IMG/VR virus record: IMGVR_UViG_3300030372_002152
Span: 1 to 50,379 of that record
Strand: one strand, 5' to 3'
Length of the DNA stretch: 50,379 nt
Source: a virus
Lineage: Duplodnaviria > Caudoviricetes
The number at the start of each line of letters is the position of its first letter. The first letter of the stretch is position 1. The position numbers and the translations under genes were made by a program. Of this stretch, positions 17,388-27,682 are shown piece after piece. The notes below the pieces were generated by a model. That model was not told where the DNA came from. It saw only the letters and a program-made list of their open reading frames with translations, and did not search any database.

Positions 17388-17866
17388 TGGCTTTTACTGG
17401 TAGTAACGCATTGTGCACTTCTTTTAAAAAAGAATTACTAGAAGGGGTACACAATTTTAAAAATAGTGGGGGCAATACGTTTAAGTTGGCTCTTTTTACA
17501 AACTCACAGGCAGGTAACGACAATTTAGGGGGCAGTGGCACGGACATGGATGGCACGGTAACTGCGTATTCAAGTTCTGCTAGTAATGAGGTAGGCAATT
17601 CTGGAGACTATTCTGCGGGTGGAGGGTCTTTGACAAGGGTAGATCCTACAACATCAGGCACTACAGCCTTTACAGATTTTTCAGACCTAACTTTTGGATC
17701 AACCACCATAACAGCAAGGGGAGCTTTGATATACAACGACACAGCAAGTGGAGATCCCGCAGTGTGTATATTAGATTTTGGATCAAACAAGTCTTCTACC
17801 TCTGGAAACTTTACTATAGTGTTTCCCACGGCTGATTCTAGTAATGCGATAATAAGGATAGCCTAA
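17387..17866 (+). CDS. Tail-associated structural protein
   Basis: CTSFKKELL...FKLALF...ARGALIYN...LDFG; immediately precedes the tail fibre. Confidence 0.7.
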   Translation: MAFTGSNALCTSFKKELLEGVHNFKNSGGNTFKLALFTNSQAGNDNLGGSGTDMDGTVTAYSSSASNEVGNSGDYSAGGGSLTRVDPTTSGTTAFTDFSDLTFGSTTITARGALIYNDTASGDPAVCILDFGSNKSSTSGNFTIVFPTADSSNAIIRIA

Positions 17867-20800
17867 TGGCTTTAGTAGTAGCAGATAGAGTTCGTGAAAC
17901 GACAACCACGGAGGGTACGGGCACTGTTACTTTAGGAGGGGCTGTCGATAACTTTGAAACATTTACTGCTAACCTATCCGATGGAGATACAACTTACTAT
18001 GCTATTGTAGACGGTACAAGCAATGAGTTTGAAGTTGGGTTAGGAACCTTTACAGCTTCTGGAACTACCTTGGCAAGAACAACAATTATAGCCAGTTCTA
18101 ATAGCAATAGTGCGGTTAATTTTGGTGCAGGAACAAAGGATGTATTTATTACGGTACCTGCAAACAAGATGATTGTTAAGGATGCTAGTGGTAACGTAAG
18201 TATAGATGGGGATGTAACTGTAGCTGATGGCAGTAATGATTTTGATATTGCTTCGCATGACGACGGAACTAATGGGTTAAAATTAGGGGGAGATATAGTT
18301 ACCTCAAGTGCAGCAGAATTAAACATATTAGATGGTAAAAGTTTTGTAGATGAAGATGATATGTCTTCCAACAGTGCCACAGGCATACCGAGTCAGCAAT
18401 CCGTAAAAGCCTATGTAGACAACCAACAAAGCATGGGGGATGGATTTTATTTAGAGGATGATGATGGTACTGAAGTACAGATAACCGAGAGCAAAGAAGT
18501 AAAGATAATTGGGTCAGGCGTTACAACAAACTGGACAGATACAGATAACGGTACAGATGGTGATCCTTATGATTTAACTATTACAGTAGATGCGGCTCAA
18601 ACAGGAATTACATCTGTAGTAAACACAAGTTTAGAAATAGGTAGAGATGCTGATAATAGAATTAAGTTCGGAACAGATAATCAAATTATATTTGAGGTAG
18701 ATGGTGGCGATAATGTTATATTTAAAACCAGTGGTGAAATAGAGGCTACTAGCCTTGACATCAGTGGTGATGCAGATATTGATGGCACATTAGAAGCTGA
18801 TGCTATAACAGTAGACGGCACTGCTTTAGGAACAGTAATAGCAGGAACCACAGTCACAAATGCCACTAATGCAACTTTGGCATCAACAGTAACAGTATCA
18901 GACAGCACAGCAAATACCAATTTTCCAGTGGTGTTTCACGATGAGTCAAATGCTTTATTAGATGATACTGGGGCATTACGCTATAATCCAAGCACTGGCG
19001 AACTACTTGTGCCAAAACTTACAGTAGCAGGCACGACTACGACAGTTGATACCGTTACAATGAACGCACAGAACGCAGTGATTTTTGAAGGGGCTACGGC
19101 TGATTCTAATGAAACAACCTTAACAATCACAGACCCAACGGCTGATAGAACAATCACTCTGCCCGACACAACTGGAACGGTATCTCTTGTTACTGCAACA
19201 GAAACACTTACCAATAAAACCCTCACAACACCTGTAATCAATGGGTTTAGTGGAACTGGTAACGGAACAATGGCAGGAACTCTTACTGTTGGAGTAGACG
19301 ACACTGGCTACGATGTTAAGTTTTTTGGCGCGACCTCTGGCAAATACATGGAGTGGGATGAAAGTGCTGACCAACTAGATGTCACTGGTAGCTTTGATGT
19401 CACTGGTAACTCAACAATGGCAGGAACTCTTACAGTCGGTGTAGACGATACTGGCTACGATGTTAAGTTTTTTGGCGCGACCTCTGGAAAGTATATGGAG
19501 TGGGATGAATCCGCAGATCAATTAGATGTAACTGGTAGCTTTGACGTTACTGGTGATTCATCTTTTGATGGGGATGTTACTTTTACTGGTGATGGCTATA
19601 ATGTCGTATGGGATAAATCAGATAATGCTTTAGAGTTTGCTGATCTTGCTAAAATTTACTTTGGAAGTTCTAATGACCTTGAAATATATCATGTCGGTGG
19701 GACTTCTAATTCAGTTATCAAAAACTATACAAATGATTTGTCAATTTTAAATAATGCAAATGATAGAGATGTTAATATTGGTTCTGATGATGGTTCAGGA
19801 GGAACTGCTTATTATTTTGTTGCTGATGGCTCCACTGGTGAAGCTATACTCTATCATTATGGCTCAGAAAAGTTTGCAACCAGATCTGACGGTGTTAATG
19901 TTTTAGGCGAAATTAATGTGACTAACTCCAATTCGCAATCGAATGTAATTTTTACAAACTCTAATGGTCAGTTATGTTTTGGAGCAGATGGAAGTACTTC
20001 TAGTATTGTCTTCAAGTTAGATGATGAAGATGGTCAGCCTATCTTTACTTTTTCAGAAGAAGACGGAACAGCTATTCTAGATGGTGGGGATACAGATGTT
20101 ACTGTCCATAAGCCCCTTATAGTGTCATCTACTCTTACAGTCGGTGTAGACGACACTGGACATGACGTTAAGTTCTTTGGTGCCACTTCAGGTAAATATA
20201 TGGAGTGGGATGAGTCGGCTGATCAGTTAGACGTAACTGGAAGTTTAGATGTTACTGGAGACTCATCTTTTGATGGGGATGTTACGTTAACTGGTGCTAA
20301 TTACAATGTCGTATGGGATAAATCAGACGATGCATTAGAGTTTGGTGATAATGCTAAAGCTACATTTGGAGGTAGTAGTGATTTACAAGTGTATCACAAC
20401 AGCGTCAATGCTTTTATAGAGAATGATACTGGCACTATATATATCACAAATAACGCTGATAATGAAGATGTAATTATTAAATCAGACGATGGCAGTGGTG
20501 GAACAGCATTGTATCTTAAAGCTGATGGCTCCACTGGCGAAGTATCATTACGTCATTATGGCACAGAAAAGTTTGCAACCAAATCTGATGGTATTGCTGT
20601 ATCTGGTGATCTAACTGCCAAAACATCTGATGGAGCCATACTTAAACTACAAACGTCAGATACAACTGTAACAGATGGAAATATCTTGGGTGCCATTGAG
20701 TTTTCTGCACCTGATGAAGCTAGTCAAACAGATGCTATAACAACCGCTGCATCTATTGTAGCGGAAGCAGATGCAACTTTCCTACCTAGCAATAATCAAA

Positions 20801-21936
20801 CTGACATGGTGTTCAAGCTAGGTAGTTCTGAAGCTGCAACGGAAAAATTAAGACTACATCATAACGGTGATGTAGAGTTAGCCGGGGGAAAACTAATTGG
20901 AGCAACCTCTGGCACGGTTGAGGTTGATGAACAAGTCTTCACTAGCAATGGCACATGGACAAAGCCAGAAGGTGCTATAATGACCTATATTTATTGCATA
21001 GGTGGCGGTGGCGGGGGTGCATCTGGTGGTCGTGGCTCTACTTATGACAGTGGCGGTGGCGGTGGCGGTGGCGGTGGTGTAGATTTACAAATGTTTATTT
21101 CTGCAGCTCTTGAATCAACAATGTCTGTTGTAGTTGGGTCAGGGGGAAGTGGCGGTGCAGCTAGAACAAGTGATACTTATGGTGCTTATGGTGGAAAGGG
21201 TGGCAACTCTTCTGTAACAAACGATAGTAGCACTATTTCGATGGGACTTGGTGGAGTTGGTGGAGTTGGTGGTGGTAGTGCTTATGCCTCTGGTGGTGCG
21301 ACAATGAACAGAGGAATGTTAGCTACGATACCAGATGGCGACAGTCTTATCGTTCATCAAGGCATAGGAGTTGGTGGACATGGAGATGACACTGATGATG
21401 CAGGAGCCGGTCATCCTGGCATGGGTCCAGGTGGAGGGGGCGGTGGAAATGGTGAATATGATTCTACTTATCGTGGTGCGCCCGGTGGTAGAGGGTCAGC
21501 GTATTTTGCCGGTATTGGCTCTCCAACTTCACTATTAAACCCTGCTTTAAATAGTACTGGCGGTTTTATTCGTAGTCAAGGTTGGCGACCAACGTATAAT
21601 TCAGTATATTCAATATGGTACCTTAGCAGTTATAGATTTGCTAGTGATACTACCGCATATGTCTATCAGACATTTGGCGGTGGCGGTGGAAATGGTGGTT
21701 CCTCTGACGGAGGCTCTGGATCAAACGGATCTGACCGAACTTATGGCGGTGACGGAGGTGGAGGGGGGGTGCATGGTGCGTCTGGAACGGCCGGTGGAAA
21801 TGGTGGAAATGGTGGCTTTCCTGGTGGGGGGGGTGGTGGAAGTGGATCTCAAAGATCAGGTGATGCCAACTCTGGAACGGGTGGTGATGGCGGTGCAGGA
21901 AAAGTTTGGATTTGGACTGTGAGGTTTGTGCAATGA
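17866..21936 (+). CDS. Long tail fibre / receptor-binding protein with internal repeats and Gly-rich C-terminal domain
   Basis: 1356 aa, D/T/G-rich; DRVRETTTT N-terminal anchor; repeated modules; FTSNGTWTKP...GGGGGG C-terminal domain. Confidence 0.85.
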   Translation: MALVVADRVRETTTTEGTGTVTLGGAVDNFETFTANLSDGDTTYYAIVDGTSNEFEVGLGTFTASGTTLARTTIIASSNSNSAVNFGAGTKDVFITVPANKMIVKDASGNVSIDGDVTVADGSNDFDIASHDDGTNGLKLGGDIVTSSAAELNILDGKSFVDEDDMSSNSATGIPSQQSVKAYVDNQQSMGDGFYLEDDDGTEVQITESKEVKIIGSGVTTNWTDTDNGTDGDPYDLTITVDAAQTGITSVVNTSLEIGRDADNRIKFGTDNQIIFEVDGGDNVIFKTSGEIEATSLDISGDADIDGTLEADAITVDGTALGTVIAGTTVTNATNATLASTVTVSDSTANTNFPVVFHDESNALLDDTGALRYNPSTGELLVPKLTVAGTTTTVDTVTMNAQNAVIFEGATADSNETTLTITDPTADRTITLPDTTGTVSLVTATETLTNKTLTTPVINGFSGTGNGTMAGTLTVGVDDTGYDVKFFGATSGKYMEWDESADQLDVTGSFDVTGNSTMAGTLTVGVDDTGYDVKFFGATSGKYMEWDESADQLDVTGSFDVTGDSSFDGDVTFTGDGYNVVWDKSDNALEFADLAKIYFGSSNDLEIYHVGGTSNSVIKNYTNDLSILNNANDRDVNIGSDDGSGGTAYYFVADGSTGEAILYHYGSEKFATRSDGVNVLGEINVTNSNSQSNVIFTNSNGQLCFGADGSTSSIVFKLDDEDGQPIFTFSEEDGTAILDGGDTDVTVHKPLIVSSTLTVGVDDTGHDVKFFGATSGKYMEWDESADQLDVTGSLDVTGDSSFDGDVTLTGANYNVVWDKSDDALEFGDNAKATFGGSSDLQVYHNSVNAFIENDTGTIYITNNADNEDVIIKSDDGSGGTALYLKADGSTGEVSLRHYGTEKFATKSDGIAVSGDLTAKTSDGAILKLQTSDTTVTDGNILGAIEFSAPDEASQTDAITTAASIVAEADATFLPSNNQTDMVFKLGSSEAATEKLRLHHNGDVELAGGKLIGATSGTVEVDEQVFTSNGTWTKPEGAIMTYIYCIGGGGGGASGGRGSTYDSGGGGGGGGGVDLQMFISAALESTMSVVVGSGGSGGAARTSDTYGAYGGKGGNSSVTNDSSTISMGLGGVGGVGGGSAYASGGATMNRGMLATIPDGDSLIVHQGIGVGGHGDDTDDAGAGHPGMGPGGGGGGNGEYDSTYRGAPGGRGSAYFAGIGSPTSLLNPALNSTGGFIRSQGWRPTYNSVYSIWYLSSYRFASDTTAYVYQTFGGGGGNGGSSDGGSGSNGSDRTYGGDGGGGGVHGASGTAGGNGGNGGFPGGGGGGSGSQRSGDANSGTGGDGGAGKVWIWTVRFVQ
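19267..19552 (+). repeat. Tandem 147-nt (49 aa) duplication in the tail fibre; third copy at about 20131
   Basis: ACAATGGCAGGAACTCTTAC at 19267 and 19414; the peptide TLTVGVDDTGxDVKFFGATSGKYMEWDESADQLDVTGS occurs three times. Confidence 0.9.
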
Positions 21937-22319
21937 CCCAGTATGTATTGCTTGATGCAAATAAAGTTATTCTTAATAAAGTTATGTATGACCCTAGCAG
22001 TGACTGGAAACCGCCCTCTGGTGAAACGATAGGCGAAATACCAGATTCAATTTCCTTTGATGTTGGCGGTAAGTGGGATGGAACAAATTACACTGCACCA
22101 GTTGTAGAAGAAATGCCCGATGATCTAAAGAAAAAGGTAAACGCAAAACTAGCAAAAGAACAATTAAAAGAAAGCGATTGGGCGGGGTTGGCTGATGTTC
22201 GAGAGAAACTTTCTAATCTCAGTGCATGGGATACTTACCGTGCATCACTTAGAGATTTTATAATAAACCCAAAGCCTGATGAACTACCCTCAGAACCAAA
22301 GGTAGTTTGGAAGGAGTAA
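21933..22319 (+). CDS. Tail fibre assembly chaperone-like protein
   Basis: LKESDW...WDTYRASLRD motif; ATGA overlap with the tail fibre stop. Confidence 0.75.
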   Translation: MTQYVLLDANKVILNKVMYDPSSDWKPPSGETIGEIPDSISFDVGGKWDGTNYTAPVVEEMPDDLKKKVNAKLAKEQLKESDWAGLADVREKLSNLSAWDTYRASLRDFIINPKPDELPSEPKVVWKE

Positions 22320-22337
22320 ATAAAAGAGGAAAAACTA

Positions 22338-22559
22338 ATGGTAAAAAAACAAACAGCAACTAAAGAAAAAAGTAATGTTATTACTATAGATAATAAAGAA
22401 TACAAAGCTGAAAGTTTGACGGAAAAAGCAAAGTTTTGTATAAATGCTATAGCTTCTGCTCAAACAAAAAAACAACAGTTACAAGTTGAGGTTAGTAATG
22501 CTGACATTTTATTGAGTCACTATACTAAAGAACTAAAAAAAGAACTTATAGATTTGTAG
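22338..22559 (+). CDS. Small coiled-coil protein (DUF6447-like)
   Basis: ITIDNKEYKAESLTEKAK motif; GAGG RBS. Confidence 0.6.
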   Translation: MVKKQTATKEKSNVITIDNKEYKAESLTEKAKFCINAIASAQTKKQQLQVEVSNADILLSHYTKELKKELIDL

Positions 22560-22564
22560 ACTAA

Positions 22565-22873
22565 ATGCTTGGTTTTAATTCCATATCAGAAACAGCGATT
22601 GGACAATTACCTGAACCTTTTCGTCATGCAAACACTTTTATCTTAACAGGATTTTCTGCTACACTTTCATTAACAAGTGTTATAGTATGGGGCAAAGTGG
22701 TACCGGGAGTTACAACAACGTATTCAAATGTTGCACCAGGAGTGTCACAAACGTATTCAAATGTTGCACCAGGAGTGTCACAAACGTATTCAAATGTAGG
22801 AACTGGGGCATCACAAACGTATTCAAATGTTACACCGGGAGTGTCACAAACATGGACAGTAGAAACGAGGTAA
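22565..22873 (+). CDS. Small structural protein with 11-aa tandem repeats
   Basis: MLGFNSISE N-terminus; TYSNVAPGVSQ-type repeat about four times. Confidence 0.7.
   Translation: MLGFNSISETAIGQLPEPFRHANTFILTGFSATLSLTSVIVWGKVVPGVTTTYSNVAPGVSQTYSNVAPGVSQTYSNVGTGASQTYSNVTPGVSQTWTVETR
22702..22858 (+). repeat. 33-bp coding tandem repeat (about 4.5 copies)
   Basis: ACGTATTCAAATGT at 22718, 22751, 22784 and 22817; the first two 33-mers are identical. Confidence 0.95.
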
Positions 22874-22876
22874 GAT

Positions 22877-24295
22877 ATGGGATCAACATATACAGATAAT
22901 GGCGGCATAGAACTAATAGGTCTTGGTGAACAAGCCGGTGCTTGGGGCACCACCACCAATAATAATTTTGATATAATTGACAGACTGATTAATGGTGTTA
23001 AAGAAATAACTCTGTCGGGCGATGGCAGTAGTGCACATACACTCACAACAAGTGATGGTAGTTTATCAGACGGAATGTTTAAAGTTATAATTTTTAAAGG
23101 TTCTCCTAGTGGATCTTTTGCTGTTACGATTGACCCCGAAGGTGCAGACAAACTTTATTTTGTTAAGAATGAATGTGGGCAAACCGTTTTTATGCGACAA
23201 GGCACTCATTCTAGTAGTGGTGTTGCTAGCACTGAGGTAGCAAGAGCCGTAGAAATACCCAACGGAGATTCAGCTATTGTATTTGCCGATGGTGGTGGAG
23301 CCTCGGCAACTGTCAAGAGTTTATCAGTCTCTCTTGTAGCTAAAGGTCTTTCCACTTCTTCTGGAGACATCACTCTTGATTCTGCCGGTGATATTGATCT
23401 TGATGCCGATGGAGGTGATGTAAAAATATCTGACGGTGGCACAGAGATATTACGAATTACCAATTCCTCTAACGATGTAATTATTAAACCTATTCAAGAC
23501 GAAAAAGACATAATATTTCAACAAAGAGATGGAACAGAGGTTGCTAGAATAGAAGATAACGGCACGTTTAACGTGGTTACAGGTAAACTTGCAATTAATG
23601 CTGACCCTGTAACTGCTACAGCAGACGAGCTAAATCTACTAGACGGAGGTACATCTGTAGGTAGTTCTATAACTGTAGCGGATGCTGATGGTGTGGTTGT
23701 CAACGACGGTGGCACAATGAAGTCAGTGCCCGCGAGTGATTTTAGAACCTATATTATGCCCGCAGGTTCCGTAATACCGTATGCGGGTACGTCTGCCCCA
23801 ACAGGGTTTTTGTTATGTGATGGGTCTGCTGTATCAAGATCAACTTACGCAGCTCTTTTTGGTGTTATAGGTGAAACTTACGGAGCAGGTGATGGTTCCT
23901 CAACATTTGCTCTTCCAGATTTACGAGGGAGGATTGTTGCAGGAAAAGACGACATGGGAGGCTCGGCTGCAAGTAAATTAACTAATCAATCTGGTGGCGT
24001 TGATGGTGATGCTTTAGGAGCTAAAGGTGGTTCTGAAACACAAGCATTAGTAGAAGCAAATTTACCTGCTCATACCCACACTTTTAGTGATACAGATTCA
24101 CACACCGTTTCCTTCCCCAGAACTTTTATAAGCGGAGCTGCTAATAATTCCGTAAACGTAGACGGTAGTGGACAGCGGCACGATGGTGGTACTCTAACTG
24201 TTTCAATTAGTGGAACTACAAGCAGTACAGGTAGTGATTCGGCACACAACAATGTGCAGCCTACAATAATCTTAAATTATATTATTAGGATATAA
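22877..24295 (+). CDS. Tail fibre protein with phage tail collar domain
   Basis: WGTTTNNN N-terminus; MPAGSVIPYAG...GFLLCDG..VSRSTYAALF...FALPDLRGR collar motif; HNNVQPTIILNYII end. Confidence 0.88.
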   Translation: MGSTYTDNGGIELIGLGEQAGAWGTTTNNNFDIIDRLINGVKEITLSGDGSSAHTLTTSDGSLSDGMFKVIIFKGSPSGSFAVTIDPEGADKLYFVKNECGQTVFMRQGTHSSSGVASTEVARAVEIPNGDSAIVFADGGGASATVKSLSVSLVAKGLSTSSGDITLDSAGDIDLDADGGDVKISDGGTEILRITNSSNDVIIKPIQDEKDIIFQQRDGTEVARIEDNGTFNVVTGKLAINADPVTATADELNLLDGGTSVGSSITVADADGVVVNDGGTMKSVPASDFRTYIMPAGSVIPYAGTSAPTGFLLCDGSAVSRSTYAALFGVIGETYGAGDGSSTFALPDLRGRIVAGKDDMGGSAASKLTNQSGGVDGDALGAKGGSETQALVEANLPAHTHTFSDTDSHTVSFPRTFISGAANNSVNVDGSGQRHDGGTLTVSISGTTSSTGSDSAHNNVQPTIILNYIIRI

Positions 24296-24297
24296 GA

Positions 24298-26649
24298 ATG
24301 CCTTTGACGGCTCTAAAATTTAAACCAGGCATAAATAGAGAATCCACGTCGTACGCTAACGAGGGCGGGTGGTTTTCTTGTGACAAAATACGGTTTCGAT
24401 TTGGTAGTGCAGAAAAAATAGGTGGATGGCAGTCCTATAGCGACAACACTTTTCTTGGTACATGTCGAGCCTTGTTTAGTTGGGTGGCGTTAGATGGCAC
24501 AAAATATTTAGGCGTTGGTACAAATTTAAAATATTACATCGCGGATGGTGGGGCATATAACGATGTTACTCCAGTTCGAGCTATTACGAGTGCAGGAGAC
24601 GTTACTTTTGCAGCGACAAATACAAGCACAACCATTACAGTAACCGATGCTGCTCATGGAGCCGTGTTGAATGATTTTGTTACTTTTTCTGGGGCAGCAA
24701 CTTTAGGAGGCACAGTTACAGCAACAGTTTTAAACGCAGAACATCAAATCACAAGCATAGTTAATAATGACAGCTATACTATTGCAGTGTCCACTGCGGC
24801 TAATGGGTCTGATACTGGAAACGGTGGTAGTTCTGTGGTTGGCACATATCAAATAAACACGGGTCTTGATACAAATTTCTTTGGTACGGGTTGGGGTGCA
24901 GGTGTATGGAATGGTATTAACACAAATGAAGGCACATCAACCTTAAATGGAGCGTTGACAAATTCAGCTACAAGTGTGGTTGTAACAAGCAACTCTGCTT
25001 TGGGTGCTACACAAAATGTAGGAGATATTATAAGTGTTGCGGGTGAATTAATGCTTGTTGGTAATATTTCTTCCAATACTTTAACGGTAACAAGAGGACA
25101 TGGTGGTACCACAGCCGTGGCTCATGCTAGTGGCGAGCTAGTGCGATTAGTAAAGGGAAACAGCACAGCAGCAGACGATACAGTAACATTGATAAATGGT
25201 AGCAGCTTGGCTTCGGATGCTACAGCAACCACGGTAACAGTGGACTCTGCTGCGGCTTTTCCTACTTCTGGTTATATAAAGATTGAAGATGAAATAATAG
25301 AGTATACGGGCACAACTTCTACTACCTTTACGGGATTAATTCGTGGATCTTTTAATACTACGGCCGCCACCCATGCCGATAACGAAGCAGTGATCGAGGC
25401 AAGCTTTGGATGGGGTATGCCTGCAGATTCCACTGTGGCGGGTGCCAATCTTACCAACTGGACGCACGATAACTTTGGTGAAGATCTTCTTATAAACGTG
25501 AAAAATGGTGGTATATACTATTGGGATAGAACGTCGGGCACCACAACACGAGCCGTGGAACTAAATTCTTTGTCTGGATCTACACTTGCTCCTACGATAG
25601 CTAAACAGATTATGGTGTCCGACCAGGATAGACACGTCATTGCTTTTGGGTGTGATAGCGAAGGCTCAATTGGTACACAAGATCCGCTACTTATACGCTT
25701 TGGATCACAAGAAAGTCTAACAGCGTGGCAAACCTTGGCAACAAACACAGCAGGATCGCTACGAATATCCACGGGTTCTGAGATTGTGATAGCTGTTCAA
25801 ACAAAACAACAGATACTAGTGTTTACAGACGTATCGCTCCACGGAATGCAGTTTCTAGGCCCACCGTTCACGTTTGGTTTGAACGAAATATCACGAAATA
25901 TCACGATTGCTAGTCCAAATGCTGCTGTTGCTGTTAATGACTTTGTGTTCTGGATGGGGTCAAAAGAGTTCTATGTATATGGTGGTACTGTGCAACGTCT
26001 ACCATGCACTGTATTAGACTATGTGTTTAGTGATTTTAACAGAGATCAGATCGGTAAGGTAACATCAGGTCATAACTCCTCGTATGGTGAGGTCTGGTGG
26101 TTCTATCCATCCAAAACTAGTAGCACAAACGACCGTTATGTGATCTATAACTACCAAGAGAAAGTGTGGTATTTTGGCAACCTTACACGAACAGCATGGG
26201 TAGATCGTGGTATTGATCAATATCCTATTGCTGCACATTCCGATAATAAATTGTATTACCATGAATTTGGTCAAGATGATGGTAGCACTAATCCTCCCTC
26301 TGCTATATCCTCGAACATTGAATCTAGTCAAATAGATATAGGCGATGGAGAAAAGTTTTCGTTTATACGACGCATGATTCCCGATGTAACCTTTCGAGAC
26401 AGCGAAAACAGTGCTCCACAAGTTAGTATGGTGGTAAAAACTAGGACTTTTCCTGGTGTAACTTTTAATGAAACAAACAGTAATACCGTGTCTCAGTCGG
26501 TTTCCACCCCAGTAGAGGTGTTTACTGAGCAAGTGCATTTACGGGCAAGAGGACGTTCCTTTGCTTTTCGTGTAGAAAGCAGTCAAAAAGGCGTTATGTG
26601 GCGATTAGGCACCCCACGCCTTGATATACGCCAGGATGGGAAACGCTGA
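24298..26649 (+). CDS. Tail hub / stabilisation protein (P22 gp10 / tubular protein B-like) with inserted beta domains
   Basis: FKPGINRE...KIRFR...KIGGW start; DPLLIRF, GPPFTFG and EVWWFYPS; ends WRLGTPRLDIRQDGKR. Confidence 0.7.
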   Translation: MPLTALKFKPGINRESTSYANEGGWFSCDKIRFRFGSAEKIGGWQSYSDNTFLGTCRALFSWVALDGTKYLGVGTNLKYYIADGGAYNDVTPVRAITSAGDVTFAATNTSTTITVTDAAHGAVLNDFVTFSGAATLGGTVTATVLNAEHQITSIVNNDSYTIAVSTAANGSDTGNGGSSVVGTYQINTGLDTNFFGTGWGAGVWNGINTNEGTSTLNGALTNSATSVVVTSNSALGATQNVGDIISVAGELMLVGNISSNTLTVTRGHGGTTAVAHASGELVRLVKGNSTAADDTVTLINGSSLASDATATTVTVDSAAAFPTSGYIKIEDEIIEYTGTTSTTFTGLIRGSFNTTAATHADNEAVIEASFGWGMPADSTVAGANLTNWTHDNFGEDLLINVKNGGIYYWDRTSGTTTRAVELNSLSGSTLAPTIAKQIMVSDQDRHVIAFGCDSEGSIGTQDPLLIRFGSQESLTAWQTLATNTAGSLRISTGSEIVIAVQTKQQILVFTDVSLHGMQFLGPPFTFGLNEISRNITIASPNAAVAVNDFVFWMGSKEFYVYGGTVQRLPCTVLDYVFSDFNRDQIGKVTSGHNSSYGEVWWFYPSKTSSTNDRYVIYNYQEKVWYFGNLTRTAWVDRGIDQYPIAAHSDNKLYYHEFGQDDGSTNPPSAISSNIESSQIDIGDGEKFSFIRRMIPDVTFRDSENSAPQVSMVVKTRTFPGVTFNETNSNTVSQSVSTPVEVFTEQVHLRARGRSFAFRVESSQKGVMWRLGTPRLDIRQDGKR

Positions 26650-26951
26650 TGTCAACTAGAAATGTACCCGCACCGTTATTTCCATACCCACCAGAGGCAT
26701 ATGACCAAAATTATTTTTCTGATGTAGTGCGATCCTTCTCTATATTTGTAGATCAGCAAAGAAACCCTGGTGAGGCACGAGCCACAAAAATGACATTTAC
26801 AAACCTTCCGTCTGGCGATGACACCACTTTAGAAGTAGGAGCGTTATTTGAGGTAGAGGGTGTTTTAAAAATTAGCAAAGTGAATATTTCACATTGTACT
26901 GGTAATTCTGGCACAGGTGGGGTAGGATCGGTAACAGTAAGCACAAGTTAG
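26649..26951 (+). CDS. Hypothetical tail-associated protein
   Basis: P..P.EAYDQ N-terminus; ends GVGSVTVSTS, similar to the end of 16142-16459. Confidence 0.65.
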   Translation: MSTRNVPAPLFPYPPEAYDQNYFSDVVRSFSIFVDQQRNPGEARATKMTFTNLPSGDDTTLEVGALFEVEGVLKISKVNISHCTGNSGTGGVGSVTVSTS

Positions 26952-26959
26952 GGCATATT

Positions 26960-27682
26960 ATGTTAGGAGCAGTTTTAGGAGGAATAGCGGGACTTTTAAC
27001 TGGGGGCACCGCTATGGCAGCGGCCGTTGGTGCGGGATTAGGAAGAATAGCGAGTGGTGGAGATCTTGAAGACGCACTAAAAGATGGTGCTCTTGCCTTT
27101 GGTATAGGCTCGATACCTGGTGTTGGTAACTTTGCTAAAAGTGCAGCGGGGCAATTTGGATTAGGCGGTGCTACAGCCAAGGCAGCCACAGCAAAGAAGA
27201 TGGCAGACGCAGCCGCTACGGGAGCATCCAAAGGAGGATTTAGTTTAATGAGTCCTGGTGGTATCCTTACAGCAGCGTCTCTTGCGGGTATGGCAGAAAA
27301 GAAAGAACCACCTCAAGGTCCAATTTTTGAAAAGGGAGAGCGACTACCTGAATATGAGGGTGGAGTGGTTGTTAAGCCGTACTACAGTCCTATTACAAAC
27401 CAACGGTATATGACCCTTGAAGAAAAAGAGAATGCAGAAAATAGCATAGGTATTATGTCTGCGGCAGCGGGGGGATATATAGAGGGTCCTGGCACGGGTC
27501 GCAGTGACGACGTAAAAGCAGGTATTTTCCAGAACGGACAGAAAGTACAAGAAGCACGGCTCTCGGACGGAGAGTTTGTCATGACAGAACAAGCGGTACG
27601 CAACGCAGGTAATGGTGATAGAGAAAAAGGTGCAGCAAAAATGTATTCTCTGATGAAGGGTCTTGAGAGGGGGGTCGCTTAA
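26960..27682 (+). CDS. Putative ejection/internal virion protein with Gly-zipper N-terminus and GGYIEGPGTGRSDD...LSDGEFV domain
   Basis: Hydrophobic Gly/Ala-rich N-terminus; the C-terminal motif resembles the GPGTxTSDSI...LSxGEFV module of tape-measure and ejection proteins. Confidence 0.7.
   Translation: MLGAVLGGIAGLLTGGTAMAAAVGAGLGRIASGGDLEDALKDGALAFGIGSIPGVGNFAKSAAGQFGLGGATAKAATAKKMADAAATGASKGGFSLMSPGGILTAASLAGMAEKKEPPQGPIFEKGERLPEYEGGVVVKPYYSPITNQRYMTLEEKENAENSIGIMSAAAGGYIEGPGTGRSDDVKAGIFQNGQKVQEARLSDGEFVMTEQAVRNAGNGDREKGAAKMYSLMKGLERGVA

Noticed and set aside
19267-20270. Tail fibre repeats as DGR template/variable repeats
   Set aside because: No reverse transcriptase is present. Differences are mostly synonymous and not adenine-specific, and all copies lie inside one ORF.
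22702-22858. 33-bp repeats as a mini CRISPR array
   Set aside because: The units are contiguous, in frame and have no unique spacers, and there are no cas genes. It is a coding VNTR.
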